DNA of 32,000 bases. It comes from Trichodesmium erythraeum IMS101. Lineage in GTDB: Bacteria; Cyanobacteriota; Cyanobacteriia; Cyanobacteriales; Microcoleaceae. The notes under the pieces were generated by a model. It did not search any database. It was not told the DNA's origin and saw only the letters and a program-made list of their open reading frames with translations. The translations under genes and the position numbers were made by a program. Location of the stretch: contig NC_008312.1 in assembly GCF_000014265.1 (NCBI RefSeq), positions 3,090,001-3,122,000 on the forward strand, written 5' to 3'. Numbering within the stretch: position 1 is the first letter of the stretch; each line of letters begins with the position of its first letter. Below are positions 7,987 to 18,043 of the stretch, in pieces.

Positions 7987-9918
7987 TTATTTTTTACCAC
8001 TAACCAAATATATACTAATCGGTTTTGTCTTCCCTTTCAGACAAAAATTACCCCAAAATTCTACTTTAAATTTTCCATCTAGATATTTGAAAGTTTCCTC
8101 AGCAATCAAAACTCGACAAATTCTTCGATGATATTCCTTCTCAAAACTTTCTAACCGGGAAGCAATATTAACACTATCACCAATTACTCCATACTCTAAG
8201 CGATTTTTTCCTCCTAAACTACCAACTATTATGCTTCCTGTATAAATTCCTACCCGCATTTTTATTTCTGGATCACCCTGTTTTTGCCACTGACAATTAA
8301 ACTTCAACAAATATTCTTCCATTTCTAAAGCACAGTTAACTGCATTTTGAGCATCCATAGCAATCTCTTCAACAGTATTACTAGGTACTGGTATACCAAA
8401 TACTGCCATTATTCCATCTCCAGTAAATTTATTGACTATTCCATTATGATTAATCACAATATCTGTCATAGCACTCAGATATTGATTTAACCAGATCATT
8501 AAAACTTCCGATGTTTTTTTTTCTGAGATAGTGCTAAAATTTTTTAAGTCAGTAAATAAGATAGTTGCTGTAACTGTTTTTGCCGGTAAAATTCCAGAAT
8601 TAATCAACTCTGAACGTTGTTGCCAAAGAGCATTAGCAATCTCTGGAGAAGTTTGCTGACCTAATAATTTCATCACCAGATTTTTCTGTTGCCATGATTC
8701 ATGCATGTTATAAACTATAACTATCCCACCTGTAATAACCATTCCTGCTAATGGTGCTACCACAGGAATCCACTGCATATTTATAAAAATACCATAACTA
8801 ATACCACCTAAAATACTAAAACTCAGAAAATTTATTAACATCCAAATCATAGGTTTCCTGATATACCTAGTCAGACTAGCACCAACAATTGACCAAGCTA
8901 TAATCCATAGTATTTCTATTGATTCATTCCAGTATGAAAATAGCTTTCTATCATCAAGAACTGCACTAATAATTTGACTTGTAATATGTGCATAAAGCTC
9001 GACTCCTGCCATTCTTAAAAACTTTGAATTACCAAAACTATAAGGAGTCCAAAATAAGTCATTGCTACTAGGAGCTGTAGTCCCAATCAAAACAATTTTA
9101 TTTTTGACTAATTTAGGGTCAAAATTATTATTTAAAACATTAGTTATGCTAACTTTGGGAGCAACAGATTTAGAATTACGATAATTTATTAAAATTTTAT
9201 ATCCTGTATCATCAATTCTTTGGTATCCCCCTGAATTTGATTTTAATTCTTTAAATAATACATCACCTAATTTATATTCATTATTTTTAGTGACAACCGG
9301 CAATATTCCATAATCTTTCAGGTAAGTAATAGCTAATTTTAAAGAAAAAGCTGTGAATGTTTTATTTTTATGAGAAGTAAATAATAAATAACGACGAATT
9401 ACACCATTCGGATCAAGATTAATATTATTAAACCCAATTCTTTCTTCTGGTATTGTGGGAGGTGGCAATACTGTTTTATCAAGATCTCTGTGAAGATAAG
9501 TAATAGCAAAAATATTCGGTTTTTTCAATTGTTCCAATAATTCTGACTCACCAGGCGGATAAGGAATATCTCGATAAATATCTAGACCTATTACTTTAGG
9601 TTGATGCTTTTGTAGAGATACTAAAATTTTGGCCAAAGTTTTATCGGAGATTGGCCACTGCTGTAAAGACTGAATATCCTCTTCAGTTATCTCTACTATT
9701 AGAAGCCGAGGATCTGGCTCTTCCATTGACCGCAAACGCATCATCAAATCAAATACTGCTAGTTCTAGTGGTTGGAATACTCCTAAGTATCTGAAAAATA
9801 GTAAACCGAGGATAGTAAAGCTAGAAAGGGTAATTACTGGTATTGGTATCCTTAGAGAGTTAATTTTTTTATTGATGCATTGCCAAAAATGTATAAGTCC
9901 CATAATTTTAATAGCCAT
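7987..9918 (-). CDS. CHASE2 sensor-domain class III adenylate/guanylate cyclase
   Basis: 643 aa. N-terminal TM helix, long extracytoplasmic region, three TM helices (about residues 340-400), then a cyclase catalytic domain with ATILFTDLKNFSTISE, KFTGDGIMAVFG and GVIGDSVNIASRLES. Confidence 0.9.
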   Translation of the reverse strand: MAIKIMGLIHFWQCINKKINSLRIPIPVITLSSFTILGLLFFRYLGVFQPLELAVFDLMMRLRSMEEPDPRLLIVEITEEDIQSLQQWPISDKTLAKILVSLQKHQPKVIGLDIYRDIPYPPGESELLEQLKKPNIFAITYLHRDLDKTVLPPPTIPEERIGFNNINLDPNGVIRRYLLFTSHKNKTFTAFSLKLAITYLKDYGILPVVTKNNEYKLGDVLFKELKSNSGGYQRIDDTGYKILINYRNSKSVAPKVSITNVLNNNFDPKLVKNKIVLIGTTAPSSNDLFWTPYSFGNSKFLRMAGVELYAHITSQIISAVLDDRKLFSYWNESIEILWIIAWSIVGASLTRYIRKPMIWMLINFLSFSILGGISYGIFINMQWIPVVAPLAGMVITGGIVIVYNMHESWQQKNLVMKLLGQQTSPEIANALWQQRSELINSGILPAKTVTATILFTDLKNFSTISEKKTSEVLMIWLNQYLSAMTDIVINHNGIVNKFTGDGIMAVFGIPVPSNTVEEIAMDAQNAVNCALEMEEYLLKFNCQWQKQGDPEIKMRVGIYTGSIIVGSLGGKNRLEYGVIGDSVNIASRLESFEKEYHRRICRVLIAEETFKYLDGKFKVEFWGNFCLKGKTKPISIYLVSGKK

Positions 9919-10324
9919 TAACCCTCTTGGAATCAGTTTTAAATAGTTGTTCTCGACACTTACAGCAGATTTTAAGATAGCTATGAACTACAAACATTAA
10001 ACAAGAGCTCCCCGGTTCAGGGGACATTTTTTAATCAAATCTTTGTAGCGCGCACATTTTTCCCCCCATATTTGTACCCCACTCTTCATAAAATTTGCTG
10101 TACATACTAGTTCATATACATATAAATTAATGTTGAGAACAAAAGCATTAAGATTATTGAATTTCATCTCAGTTTACGGAACAACACACTTCAAAGCTTT
10201 TCCCAACTATCAGGCGAATTTTTACTTGTGTTTTTTTTAACACATATGTTAATGTTTTACTCATTAATTAGTCTAAAGCGGAAAGTCCGAGGTAAAAAAC
10301 GAATGCACCAGATAAAAAGTTTAA

Positions 10325-10471
10325 CTAGGATTAAAGTTTCGCACTCGCGACTTAAATTGCATTAAGCCTGTGGAGCGCGTAGCGTATGCTAAGTGCAAAA
10401 CGTCAACCCGCCCTTGAGAGCAAACCTAACAGTGAATCCCCCTTGCACCTGACAGTCAGGAAGGATGTCAA
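10325..10471 (+). mobile_element. Possible relic of an IS200/IS605-type tnpB 3' end plus guide-RNA scaffold and right end
   Basis: An island of roughly 50% GC. Frame remnant KFRTRDLNCIK resembles the RuvC-III motif of the intact TnpB in this window (KFSCDRDLNTALN). About 100 nt of GC-rich sequence follows, with a GTGCAA...TTGCAC closing stem. Next is a 13-bp palindrome CCTGACAGTCAGG (10448-10460), and the segment ends in TCAA at 10468-10471. No intact ORF. Confidence 0.3.
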
Positions 10472-10912
10472 TTAGTCATGCCTAACACCATCTGGCATTA
10501 TTGTGCCAGTGAGAATTGCTCCTTCTAAACTAGCTCCTTCCAGATTTGCTCCCCCCAGATTTGCTCCTTCTAAGTTTGCTCCTGATAAATTTGCTCCGAC
10601 CAAATAGGTACCTCCAAGGTTTGCTCCAGCTAAATAAGCTCCTTCTAAATTAGCACCCTCCATATAAGCTCCTCCAAGATTTGCCCCTCCTAAGTAAGCT
10701 CCTCCCAAGTAAGCTCCTCCAAGGTTTGCTCCTCCAAGATTTGCTCCTCCTAACTTAGCTCCTGCAAGGTTTGCTATTTGTAGTTTTGCTTCCCCAAGAT
10801 TGCCTCCTCCTAAATTGACCCCTCCTAGTCTAGCTCCTTCTAGATAGCAGTTTGGACACTCACGAGTTTCTAGCAAAAGTCTAATGTTTCGTTCTACTTG
10901 TTGGTTAATCAT
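10472..10912 (-). CDS. Pentapeptide-repeat protein
   Basis: 146 aa dominated by about 25 consecutive A(N/Y)L(G/E)G(A/G) pentapeptides. Confidence 0.9.
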   Translation of the reverse strand: MINQQVERNIRLLLETRECPNCYLEGARLGGVNLGGGNLGEAKLQIANLAGAKLGGANLGGANLGGAYLGGAYLGGANLGGAYMEGANLEGAYLAGANLGGTYLVGANLSGANLEGANLGGANLEGASLEGAILTGTIMPDGVRHD

Positions 10913-11372
10913 TATTTGGAATAATTAAAATTTAGGGTAACTATTTATAACTATAGTGAGTAATATCCTGAGACGGAAGTCAAAACTCAACATTCAACAG
11001 TATTAATTAGTAATAAGCAATTACCATAGATTAATACTATACTTGGGTGACACTTCAATTACGAAGAGTATTTAGGCGATCGCATATAGAAATCTACTGA
11101 ATGATAAGTAATATAATTCCGATCGCGTCTTAGGGACAAAACCCTGTTCAAAAGCTCAAACATCAACAAATTATTCGAATATACACTAATTTATCAATGC
11201 TACTAGATTTGATATCATAGACACATAACTCTTGTTATAGTTCTCACAGCAGTTTTAATATTTGTCTTCCTCAAAGATCAGAAAGTGCATCAAACTTTAC
11301 TGCTACAAAAGTAGCAGATAATTTTAGTGACGTTTGTGGCATAAATTTTTAGGATGACTCGCTTATTTAACT

Positions 11373-11466
11373 AGAGTTAGCACATCTATTTATTGTATAG
11401 TGGGTAGAGGGTTGTTGCAGGTCAGCAGGTCAACACCGATAAATCCCTTGGTCACCAGTTCCGCAG
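11373..11466 (-). repeat. GC-rich dispersed element, copy B (decayed, no start codon)
   Basis: Reverse complement aligns to 6437-6530. Equivalent frame gives ...KKKYLIPAELVTKGFIGVDLLTCNNPLPTIQ* with the stop at the same aligned codon as copy A. A TGA lies just upstream and there is no ATG. Confidence 0.55.
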
Positions 11467-11582
11467 GAATTAAATATTTCTTTTTTCAAATTCTTGATAA
11501 GAAGTTTCATGTAATTTTCTATATGATTTTTCGGACATTTCTATTACACATAAATAGTTTTTATCATATTACATTGTCTCAT

Positions 11583-12569
11583 TTATACTAGTGCTCCACC
11601 GCAGCTAGATCCACAACCTGCGGTACAACCGTAACAATAATTTGCTGTCTGTACTTGTTCAATTATGTCTAAACTATTACCTTCTAATAACTTAGCTACT
11701 GTAATTGTTTCACCTTTTGAAGTTTTAGCCGGAATATTTTCCATTTGATTAAAGTCACAGTCATAAACATTACCTAAATAATCAATTGATAACTCGTTCC
11801 GGCACATTAAATTTTCTATAGTTTCACCATTAAAATTTGCCTCTAAGAAGTCTAAATAAGGTTGATGTATCTTTAGGTTTTCTAGAAAAAGCCTAGTTCT
11901 ACCTATAGGTAAATTAGTAATTGTAAATAGTTGATTAAATTTGACGTTGAAATGTTCTTTTAAATAACTTTTATAGTCTTGTTCTAAATTTTTTTGATTG
12001 GCAGGAAGTGCAAACTTATAACTATTCGGGACTGGAGGATTATAAACTAAATCTAATATCATACTTTGATTTTGTCCGTATCCTAATCTATTCAACCATT
12101 GCAATGCCCTAATAGACTTTTGATAAACACCATTGCCACGCATTTTATCTACATTATCTTCTAAATAACAAGGTAACGATGCAATAATTCTGAGTTTATT
12201 TTCAGCACAATACTGTGGAATATCTTCAAACCCTGGCACAAAATAAATTGTCAAATTAGAACGAACAATTACTTCTTTATTATTTTTTATTGCAGCTTCA
12301 ACTAAGGGTTTAAAACCATAATTCATTTCTGGTGCGCCCCCGGTCAAATCAACTGTTTGAATTTGAGGAAATCTATTAATTAACTCAATTAATTGTTCAC
12401 AAATTTCTTTACTAAGTTCTTCTGTTCTTTTTGGACTAGCTTCCACATGACAATGAGTACAAGCAAGATTACAACGTCTACCAATATTAATCTGTAAAAC
12501 AGTAATTTTTTTCTTAGTTAAAGCCTTACCTAGTTTAGCTAAGAAAGGTATAAAAGCTGTTTTTCTCAT
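11583..12569 (-). CDS. arsS: Arsenosugar biosynthesis radical SAM protein
   Basis: 328 aa. Radical SAM cluster motif RRCNLACTHCHVEA (CxxxCxxC) near the N-terminus. Characteristic Cys-rich C-terminus CYGCTAGCGSSCGGAL. An arsM gene lies on the same strand nearby. Confidence 0.8.
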   Translation of the reverse strand: MRKTAFIPFLAKLGKALTKKKITVLQINIGRRCNLACTHCHVEASPKRTEELSKEICEQLIELINRFPQIQTVDLTGGAPEMNYGFKPLVEAAIKNNKEVIVRSNLTIYFVPGFEDIPQYCAENKLRIIASLPCYLEDNVDKMRGNGVYQKSIRALQWLNRLGYGQNQSMILDLVYNPPVPNSYKFALPANQKNLEQDYKSYLKEHFNVKFNQLFTITNLPIGRTRLFLENLKIHQPYLDFLEANFNGETIENLMCRNELSIDYLGNVYDCDFNQMENIPAKTSKGETITVAKLLEGNSLDIIEQVQTANYCYGCTAGCGSSCGGALV

Positions 12570-13110
12570 TGCAATAAATTTTAATAACTAATTGAAAAAA
12601 TAAAGAAGGGAATAAGTCATATGATCAATAAATATACAAATTTAACTCGAAATTCAACTTTATAAATTTGATTTATAATTTAAAGAGCCCTTCAACTCAT
12701 ACTATTTATAAAAACTTTTCAACCCATATCTTGAGTATGGGATGAGAGGTGGAAGAAGTCAAAAAAAGAAGAATTACTAATAATCATGAAAAAGGTTATA
12801 AGGTTATTCCGACTGTGCTAATTACTTAATAATTGAAGTAGAAACTAAATACAGCATTAATGGAAGGTAATTGGTATGAATCATCCGAAATATAGATAAA
12901 ATACTAATATTATAGACATAAACTTGATGAAGTATTACCTGAGCTTTTTCTTATGAGTTTTTAGAAAATAAGTATTATTTTTCAGCACTAGAAAATTACC
13001 ATTTTTCCTCTTTCAATTTATAATTTATATTGAATGCAAAAAATTCAATTTAAAGAGTAATCTTTCCCCACTGAATAGAATCAATAACACCTGAAAAAAA
13101 TATCAACTTT

Positions 13111-13572
13111 CTAAGCTTTGTTCCACATAATCTTAATTTCATCTGGCATAAACTTAGCTATTTCTTGAATTCTCTGAGTTGATAATTCTTCTTTAACAGC
13201 AGAAAAAACTGCTTTAATTACTGTTTCAGCTGCTATTCCTTTAGGAACTCCAGCTTCTTGGCTAACTCGGAAAATAAAAGTCTTACCATCAAATATAAGT
13301 GGACGACGAACTTTACTAAGAAAAGCAACAAGTGGGTTGTTATCTTTCCAAAGTTCTCCTATTTCATCTGGGTCTGGTTTTTCACTACTAGAAGCTAAGT
13401 CTGAGGCGATCTGATTAGATGCTTCTGTTGTCATCAAATCACGCATTGTCCGAAATATAATAATACTAATATCTCTAGCATCGTAAATATCCGGTAATCT
13501 TGCTTGAGTCTGAACTTTTTGGAGAAAAGGTACAAATTTTTCATCTACAGGAACTTTTTGAGAATCAGTCAT
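13111..13572 (-). CDS. Conserved hypothetical protein, DUF2267-like
   Basis: 153-aa ORF with good protein-like composition. N-terminal F-x-x-F-L-x-K-V ... D-x-x-D-A pattern as I recall for DUF2267. Family assignment is from memory only. Confidence 0.5.
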   Translation of the reverse strand: MTDSQKVPVDEKFVPFLQKVQTQARLPDIYDARDISIIIFRTMRDLMTTEASNQIASDLASSSEKPDPDEIGELWKDNNPLVAFLSKVRRPLIFDGKTFIFRVSQEAGVPKGIAAETVIKAVFSAVKEELSTQRIQEIAKFMPDEIKIMWNKA

Positions 13573-13856
13573 AATTATACCTTGAATTTTATTAGATTAT
13601 TAGATGATATCATAAGTTAATATCAAATATTAAAAGTCTTACTATAATTTTATTAAAAATAGGGATTAGAGAAATCAAATTAAGCATAATAAATATATAT
13701 TCTCTTAATGCCTATAATTATTAAAAAAATTTATATGAGGCACAAAAATTATGGTTTTAAGTAACAGGCAAAAGAGAATAAATATCCTTCTCATTAATAT
13801 CATAACTACTATAGCTGATAGCTAAATAGTTAAATATAATAATAACGGAATAAGTT

Positions 13857-14108
13857 TCATTGTCCTAAATCTATTTTCTGTTGATTAGGAGGAGTTGTAA
13901 ACCCAGTTTTATCAAGAATATAAACAACTCCAACGGATAAAATTGCCCCCACTATTAACCCAACTGCTATTAACATTAAAATAAATCTTTCTAGCATTAA
14001 CTTAGTTTCAGGGTTATAAGCTTCTATAATTTCCATTTGATCGTTTTCTTCTGAATCAACTAAATTCTGATCACGAGATTTATAATTGGAATTAGGAATT
14101 CTATTCAT
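13857..14108 (-). CDS. Small single-pass membrane protein (hypothetical)
   Basis: 83 aa. Acidic N-terminus followed by one clear TM helix FILMLIAVGLIVGAILSVGVVYIL. No recognisable family. Confidence 0.4.
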   Translation of the reverse strand: MNRIPNSNYKSRDQNLVDSEENDQMEIIEAYNPETKLMLERFILMLIAVGLIVGAILSVGVVYILDKTGFTTPPNQQKIDLGQ

Positions 14109-14480
14109 TGGTACTTAGTTAAACTTTCAGTCAAAAAAAAGGAAGTAGGAAGTAGGAAAAATTATTGCTCCTTATTTAATTTTTCTGTATGGCAAAACCT
14201 TGCTTTTCCCTAACTATAAAAAAGTTAATTATGAATTCGCAATTCTTAGCCTATTTTTATCTACTTCTATAAATTATTATAGTAGGGGAACAAAATAACC
14301 CTACTATTCCCTTGAGCAAAATAATTACGATAGACTACTATCAAAATTAAGGTTAGGTTATAACTTTTTTATTCCCCAGGTCATGCTGTACAAATATAAG
14401 TAATAATTGTTTTTGGAGACTAATTTCTCTTCCAGCATGATAAGTAAGTTAGTAACTCATAGCGATAACTCAATAATTAC

Positions 14481-15716
14481 TCAACAACAATCAGAATCAG
14501 AAGGAGTACAACAATTACTATTATTATTAATGTTTGTTGTTTGATAATCTAAGCCTTTAGTTTCTCTAGGATGCCGAATTGTGCCATCTTTACAGTCAAA
14601 TATTTCTGCAACTTCTATGGGAATATTTGCATAAGGTTTAACAGGCAAAATATGGTGGTGGTAAGGACCATTTTTATCTGTATAAATCTGGAAAATTTTA
14701 TCACAAACAGCCATTCTTTTACCTCTATATAAAGTATGACTGTCATCATCAATTACCTGTTTCCATGGACCTTTATAAATCACAGCTTGATTGCGTTCTA
14801 AAGATTCTCCCTCTTTACCTTTAAAAGCACGAACTGTCAGAGAGCGAAACTCTATTCCATCAATTACTTGCCAGGCTTTTTCCTCACGTTTAATAATTTC
14901 AATTCCATAAAAACCAGCCTCTTCAAACATTTCTAGAAAAACATCTTCTCGAAATGCCCCTGCAATACAGCCACTCCATAATTCCGGGTTATTCATAATT
15001 TTTATAGTGGGGTCTTCATCACAGACAATATCAGAAATAACTGCTCGACCTCCTCGTTTTAATACTCTATGAATTTCGTGAAATAGTTTATATTTATCTT
15101 GGGGGCGGACTAAGTTCAAAACACAGTTAGAAATTACGACATCAACACTATTATCTGGAATCAAAGGTTGTTCTTTTCGGAGAGAATTACACTTATATTC
15201 AAAAGCAGCTAAAGCATCAAGAGATTTAATCGGATTAGCAGTTAGCCAGTTTTGAATTAAGTCTAAATCTAAAGCCAAATCTTGGATTTTTGCCTTGACA
15301 AACTTAGTATTTTTGTATCCAGTTTTTGCAGCTATTTGATCTTGATACTTGCGAGCTAATGCTAACATATCATCATTAAAATCTACCCCTATTACTTGCC
15401 CCTCTGCACCAACTTTTTGAGCAATAATATAGCAATTTTTTCCAGCACCTGAGCCTAAATCTACAACTGTTTCTCCAGAGGATATATAGCGGGTAGTATC
15501 TCCACAACCATAATCTTTTTCAATAATTTCTAGAGGTAAAATATCAATATAGTTTTCCTCATATTCAGTTGGGCAACACAGCGAACTTTGTACATTTTTA
15601 GCCCCTTCTTTATAACGCTCTAAAACGGCACTTTCAATATTATAATTATCAGTCAATTTTTCGTTTGTAGTTGTATTAGTTATGGATAAATTATCTTCAA
15701 AGTTTTCCAAGTTCAT
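14481..15716 (-). CDS. arsM: Arsenite S-adenosylmethionine methyltransferase
   Basis: SAM motif I VVDLGSGAGKNCY. Conserved ArsM cysteines in context: LCCPTEY, DYGCGD, ISNCVLNLV, WSGCIAGA. Cys-rich tail CCTPSDSDCC. I place the start at ATG 15714-15716 (MNLENFEDN...) rather than the TTG at 15749 used by the ORF track. Confidence 0.75.
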   Translation of the reverse strand: MNLENFEDNLSITNTTTNEKLTDNYNIESAVLERYKEGAKNVQSSLCCPTEYEENYIDILPLEIIEKDYGCGDTTRYISSGETVVDLGSGAGKNCYIIAQKVGAEGQVIGVDFNDDMLALARKYQDQIAAKTGYKNTKFVKAKIQDLALDLDLIQNWLTANPIKSLDALAAFEYKCNSLRKEQPLIPDNSVDVVISNCVLNLVRPQDKYKLFHEIHRVLKRGGRAVISDIVCDEDPTIKIMNNPELWSGCIAGAFREDVFLEMFEEAGFYGIEIIKREEKAWQVIDGIEFRSLTVRAFKGKEGESLERNQAVIYKGPWKQVIDDDSHTLYRGKRMAVCDKIFQIYTDKNGPYHHHILPVKPYANIPIEVAEIFDCKDGTIRHPRETKGLDYQTTNINNNSNCCTPSDSDCC

Positions 15717-15921
15717 AATATTTACTAAATAATTAAGCTGGAGAAGCAAACATTAAGCAAAAGTTGACAAATTCTAGTCTAAACCTTTTTTGTTATGCTT
15801 AAATTACATCAGTTTAAAAAAATACGCCTACATTAACTTTTTTCCTTTCCGTAAGGTTGGCATAGATAACAGGCAAGATAGAATGATATTTTAAGATTTA
15901 AAGAACAAAGGTAAATTTTTA

Positions 15922-16060
15922 CTATTGAATTAACAAAGGTAATTATATCACACTAGCCACTTTTCCATTCCAAGCACTATTAAAGGAAATTACTGGAGCG
16001 ATAGCTCACTCCAAATAATACCAAATCCAGTGATAGAAAGTAACTTTTTCACATTCCTCC
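15922..16060 (-). pseudogene. Decayed fragment of a paralog of the downstream DUF1838-like gene
   Basis: Segment 15925-16010 aligns at about 80% nucleotide identity to 16925-17010. Translation SAWNGKVASVI*LPLLIQ* matches SAWGGKVSSLTELPLLIQN of the intact gene but carries stops and a frameshift. Confidence 0.7.
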
Positions 16061-16780
16061 CTAACTTTTCTGCTTTCTGTCCCTTGCCTTCATTTTAGTT
16101 GCTGCTGAAAACTCACACTTAAACCTATTTTTAGTGTTGAGAGGAAAACAAATAGCATATAAATTACTTTCCTCAATATATTAAGTTTTTTTGTTTTACT
16201 TAATTACTAAAAGTGCAGGTATAATCATCTAATTTGTCTATGTGCTTACAATAATTTGTGACTAATACCTTGAATAGTTTCTGTTTGAGTTTTTATGTTA
16301 AATGAACCTGTTTTCCCCACAGCTATTCACAAAAATAATAATCTATGGCTAACTATACCATCCTATAATCACTAGAAATTAGCATATAAAGTAATTAAAT
16401 ATTTTAACGATGAGTAATAAGCAAGAAATTGCTAAAATTATTTCAATATTACTAATACCAATTTTATCAAAAATTACTACAGTGCTTTTCTCAAAAGTGA
16501 GACCTAATAAATTAATGCTTTAACGATTTTTTTTGAATTTGCCATAATTTAAAAGTAGTTAATTAAGATAAAATTATTCTTTTTTCTCTTGGGAATAGTA
16601 AGTATTAATTATATTTCAGCTCCGTTTATATGCTAGGCAAATTTTTAACATTAGTATTTATTGGTTGCTGACTACAATAAAAATAATAATATTCCACAAA
16701 TAATACTTAACTTTATGGCATCCATACTTTTTTTATATTCGAGGAAATTAAATATGCTTTATAATTTCTATTATTCAACT

Positions 16781-17587
16781 TTAACCGCGAAAAATTGGAA
16801 ATTTTTCACCTTTTAAATAAGCATCAAAATTTTGTTTAAAATAAATCCAAGAATTCATATTCTCCTGATCTAAAAGAGACTTAGCAGCATTTTTAAATAA
16901 AGGAACACGAGTATTAATTTCATTTTGAATTAATAAAGGTAATTCTGTCAGACTGGACACCTTCCCACCCCAAGCACTGTAAATTAGATGACCGAGGCGA
17001 TCGCCCATTTTCATCCACGGCAACCAAGGGCCAACTCTATCCCATGCCAACATCACCTTAGACACAGAAGTGGTCTCAGGATTTTGCAAATCTGCCGTAG
17101 GTACTGACAATTTAAATAGTTCGGTCGCTTGATAGAGAGGTTGAGGACTATATCTAGCAAACTTCGGGTCATCCGCGAGGGGGTTAGGATAGTTAGAAAA
17201 TAAGTCAAACTTATAAGTCGTTAACTCCTCATTAACTAATGCTGGCATTGGCCTTTTAAATAACCCTTGTACCGGATTATTTGCTACATGAACTACAGGC
17301 AAAATTTCATCAGTCCAAGGATTTTTCCAAGTATCCAACTTTTCTCCTCTTTCAGGGTCAAGATAAAATGTTAGTTCCCTAGAAGTAAAATCCCAACCTC
17401 CCTCAGATTTCGGAATACATCTGGCCACACTCATCCCTACTATTTCAAAAAGATGCTGTTTCAGTTCCCCTGGAATAAAGGCATAAATTGAACCATACCA
17501 AGTTAGAAAAGATTGTTGAGCATCGGTACTAGCACGGACTTTCACCCAGTCTTTTGCCTCAAGTAGTTTTTTTGTGAGATTGACCAT
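16781..17587 (-). CDS. Conserved hypothetical protein (possibly DUF1838 family)
   Basis: 268-aa ORF with protein-like composition and no TM segments. A degenerate paralog fragment lies next to it. The family name is a recollection, not verified. Confidence 0.6.
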   Translation of the reverse strand: MVNLTKKLLEAKDWVKVRASTDAQQSFLTWYGSIYAFIPGELKQHLFEIVGMSVARCIPKSEGGWDFTSRELTFYLDPERGEKLDTWKNPWTDEILPVVHVANNPVQGLFKRPMPALVNEELTTYKFDLFSNYPNPLADDPKFARYSPQPLYQATELFKLSVPTADLQNPETTSVSKVMLAWDRVGPWLPWMKMGDRLGHLIYSAWGGKVSSLTELPLLIQNEINTRVPLFKNAAKSLLDQENMNSWIYFKQNFDAYLKGEKFPIFRG

Positions 17588-18043
17588 TTTTTCGCTTTTA
17601 TAATTTTTTGTTTATAATAATACAGCAATTAAAATTAAGCTATTTAGCTATAAGCTTGATTTTTTTCCCTTTTATTGCCTGGTTTGATAATTAGTGACTC
17701 TAATTTATTAACTGAATAAATTGTATATATCTAGGACTTTCTAATTTAGTAAAGTTGTTGATAGACAAACTGAAAATTTATGAGGAAGCTCACGAGAAAA
17801 GTGATAAAATGAATATAAAAAGTATCTTTTTTTTAATAAATAATAATAAAAATAACATAAAAATATGATAAAGTAATACGTAATACTAAAAAATAATGCC
17901 TTTACCAATCGCAAATATAATTATCAGATAAGTTATCAAAGTAAATATTCAGCTATTATTTATTACCTTTCATCCTAAATTTTGACTTGTTTTTTTATGC
18001 TAAATACTTATTAATATAAAGATAAATTTTAAGTTTATATACT

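Noticed and set aside
9995-10035. Hairpin TCCCC-GGTTCA-GGGGA followed by a T-run, as a plus-strand terminator
   Set aside because: The stem is only 5-6 bp, and no plus-strand gene or recognisable RNA lies upstream for it to terminate.
10040-10340. Group II intron 5' end (GTGCG on the minus strand at 10336-10340)
   Set aside because: I could find no domain V-like hairpin, no reverse transcriptase ORF and no other intron domain signatures. GTGCG alone is uninformative.
10375-10400. Similarity of GCGCGTAGCGTATGCTAAGTGCA to ACGCGGTAGCGTTGCCTAAGCACA at 20692-20715 (possible small dispersed repeat)
   Set aside because: Only about 17 of 23 positions match, with gaps. This is not clearly above chance without a genome-wide count.
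11400-11591. 63-aa plus-strand ORF
   Set aside because: It runs antisense across copy B of the GC-rich dispersed element and into the arsS stop region. The conserved frame of the element is on the other strand.
11373-12569. Radical SAM enzyme plus adjacent Cys-containing peptide as a RiPP locus
   Set aside because: The radical SAM protein has the specific ArsS architecture. The adjacent peptide frame (copy B) lacks a start codon and is a decayed repeat copy.
12819-12839. Exact 21-mer TAATTACTTAATAATTGAAGT shared with 26296-26316, and a 17-mer CTACATTAACTTTTTTC shared by about 15826 and about 25994
   Set aside because: These are almost pure A/T words. My rough estimate for a 32-kb window of this composition is that matches of this length are borderline expected by chance. 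The flanks do not align.
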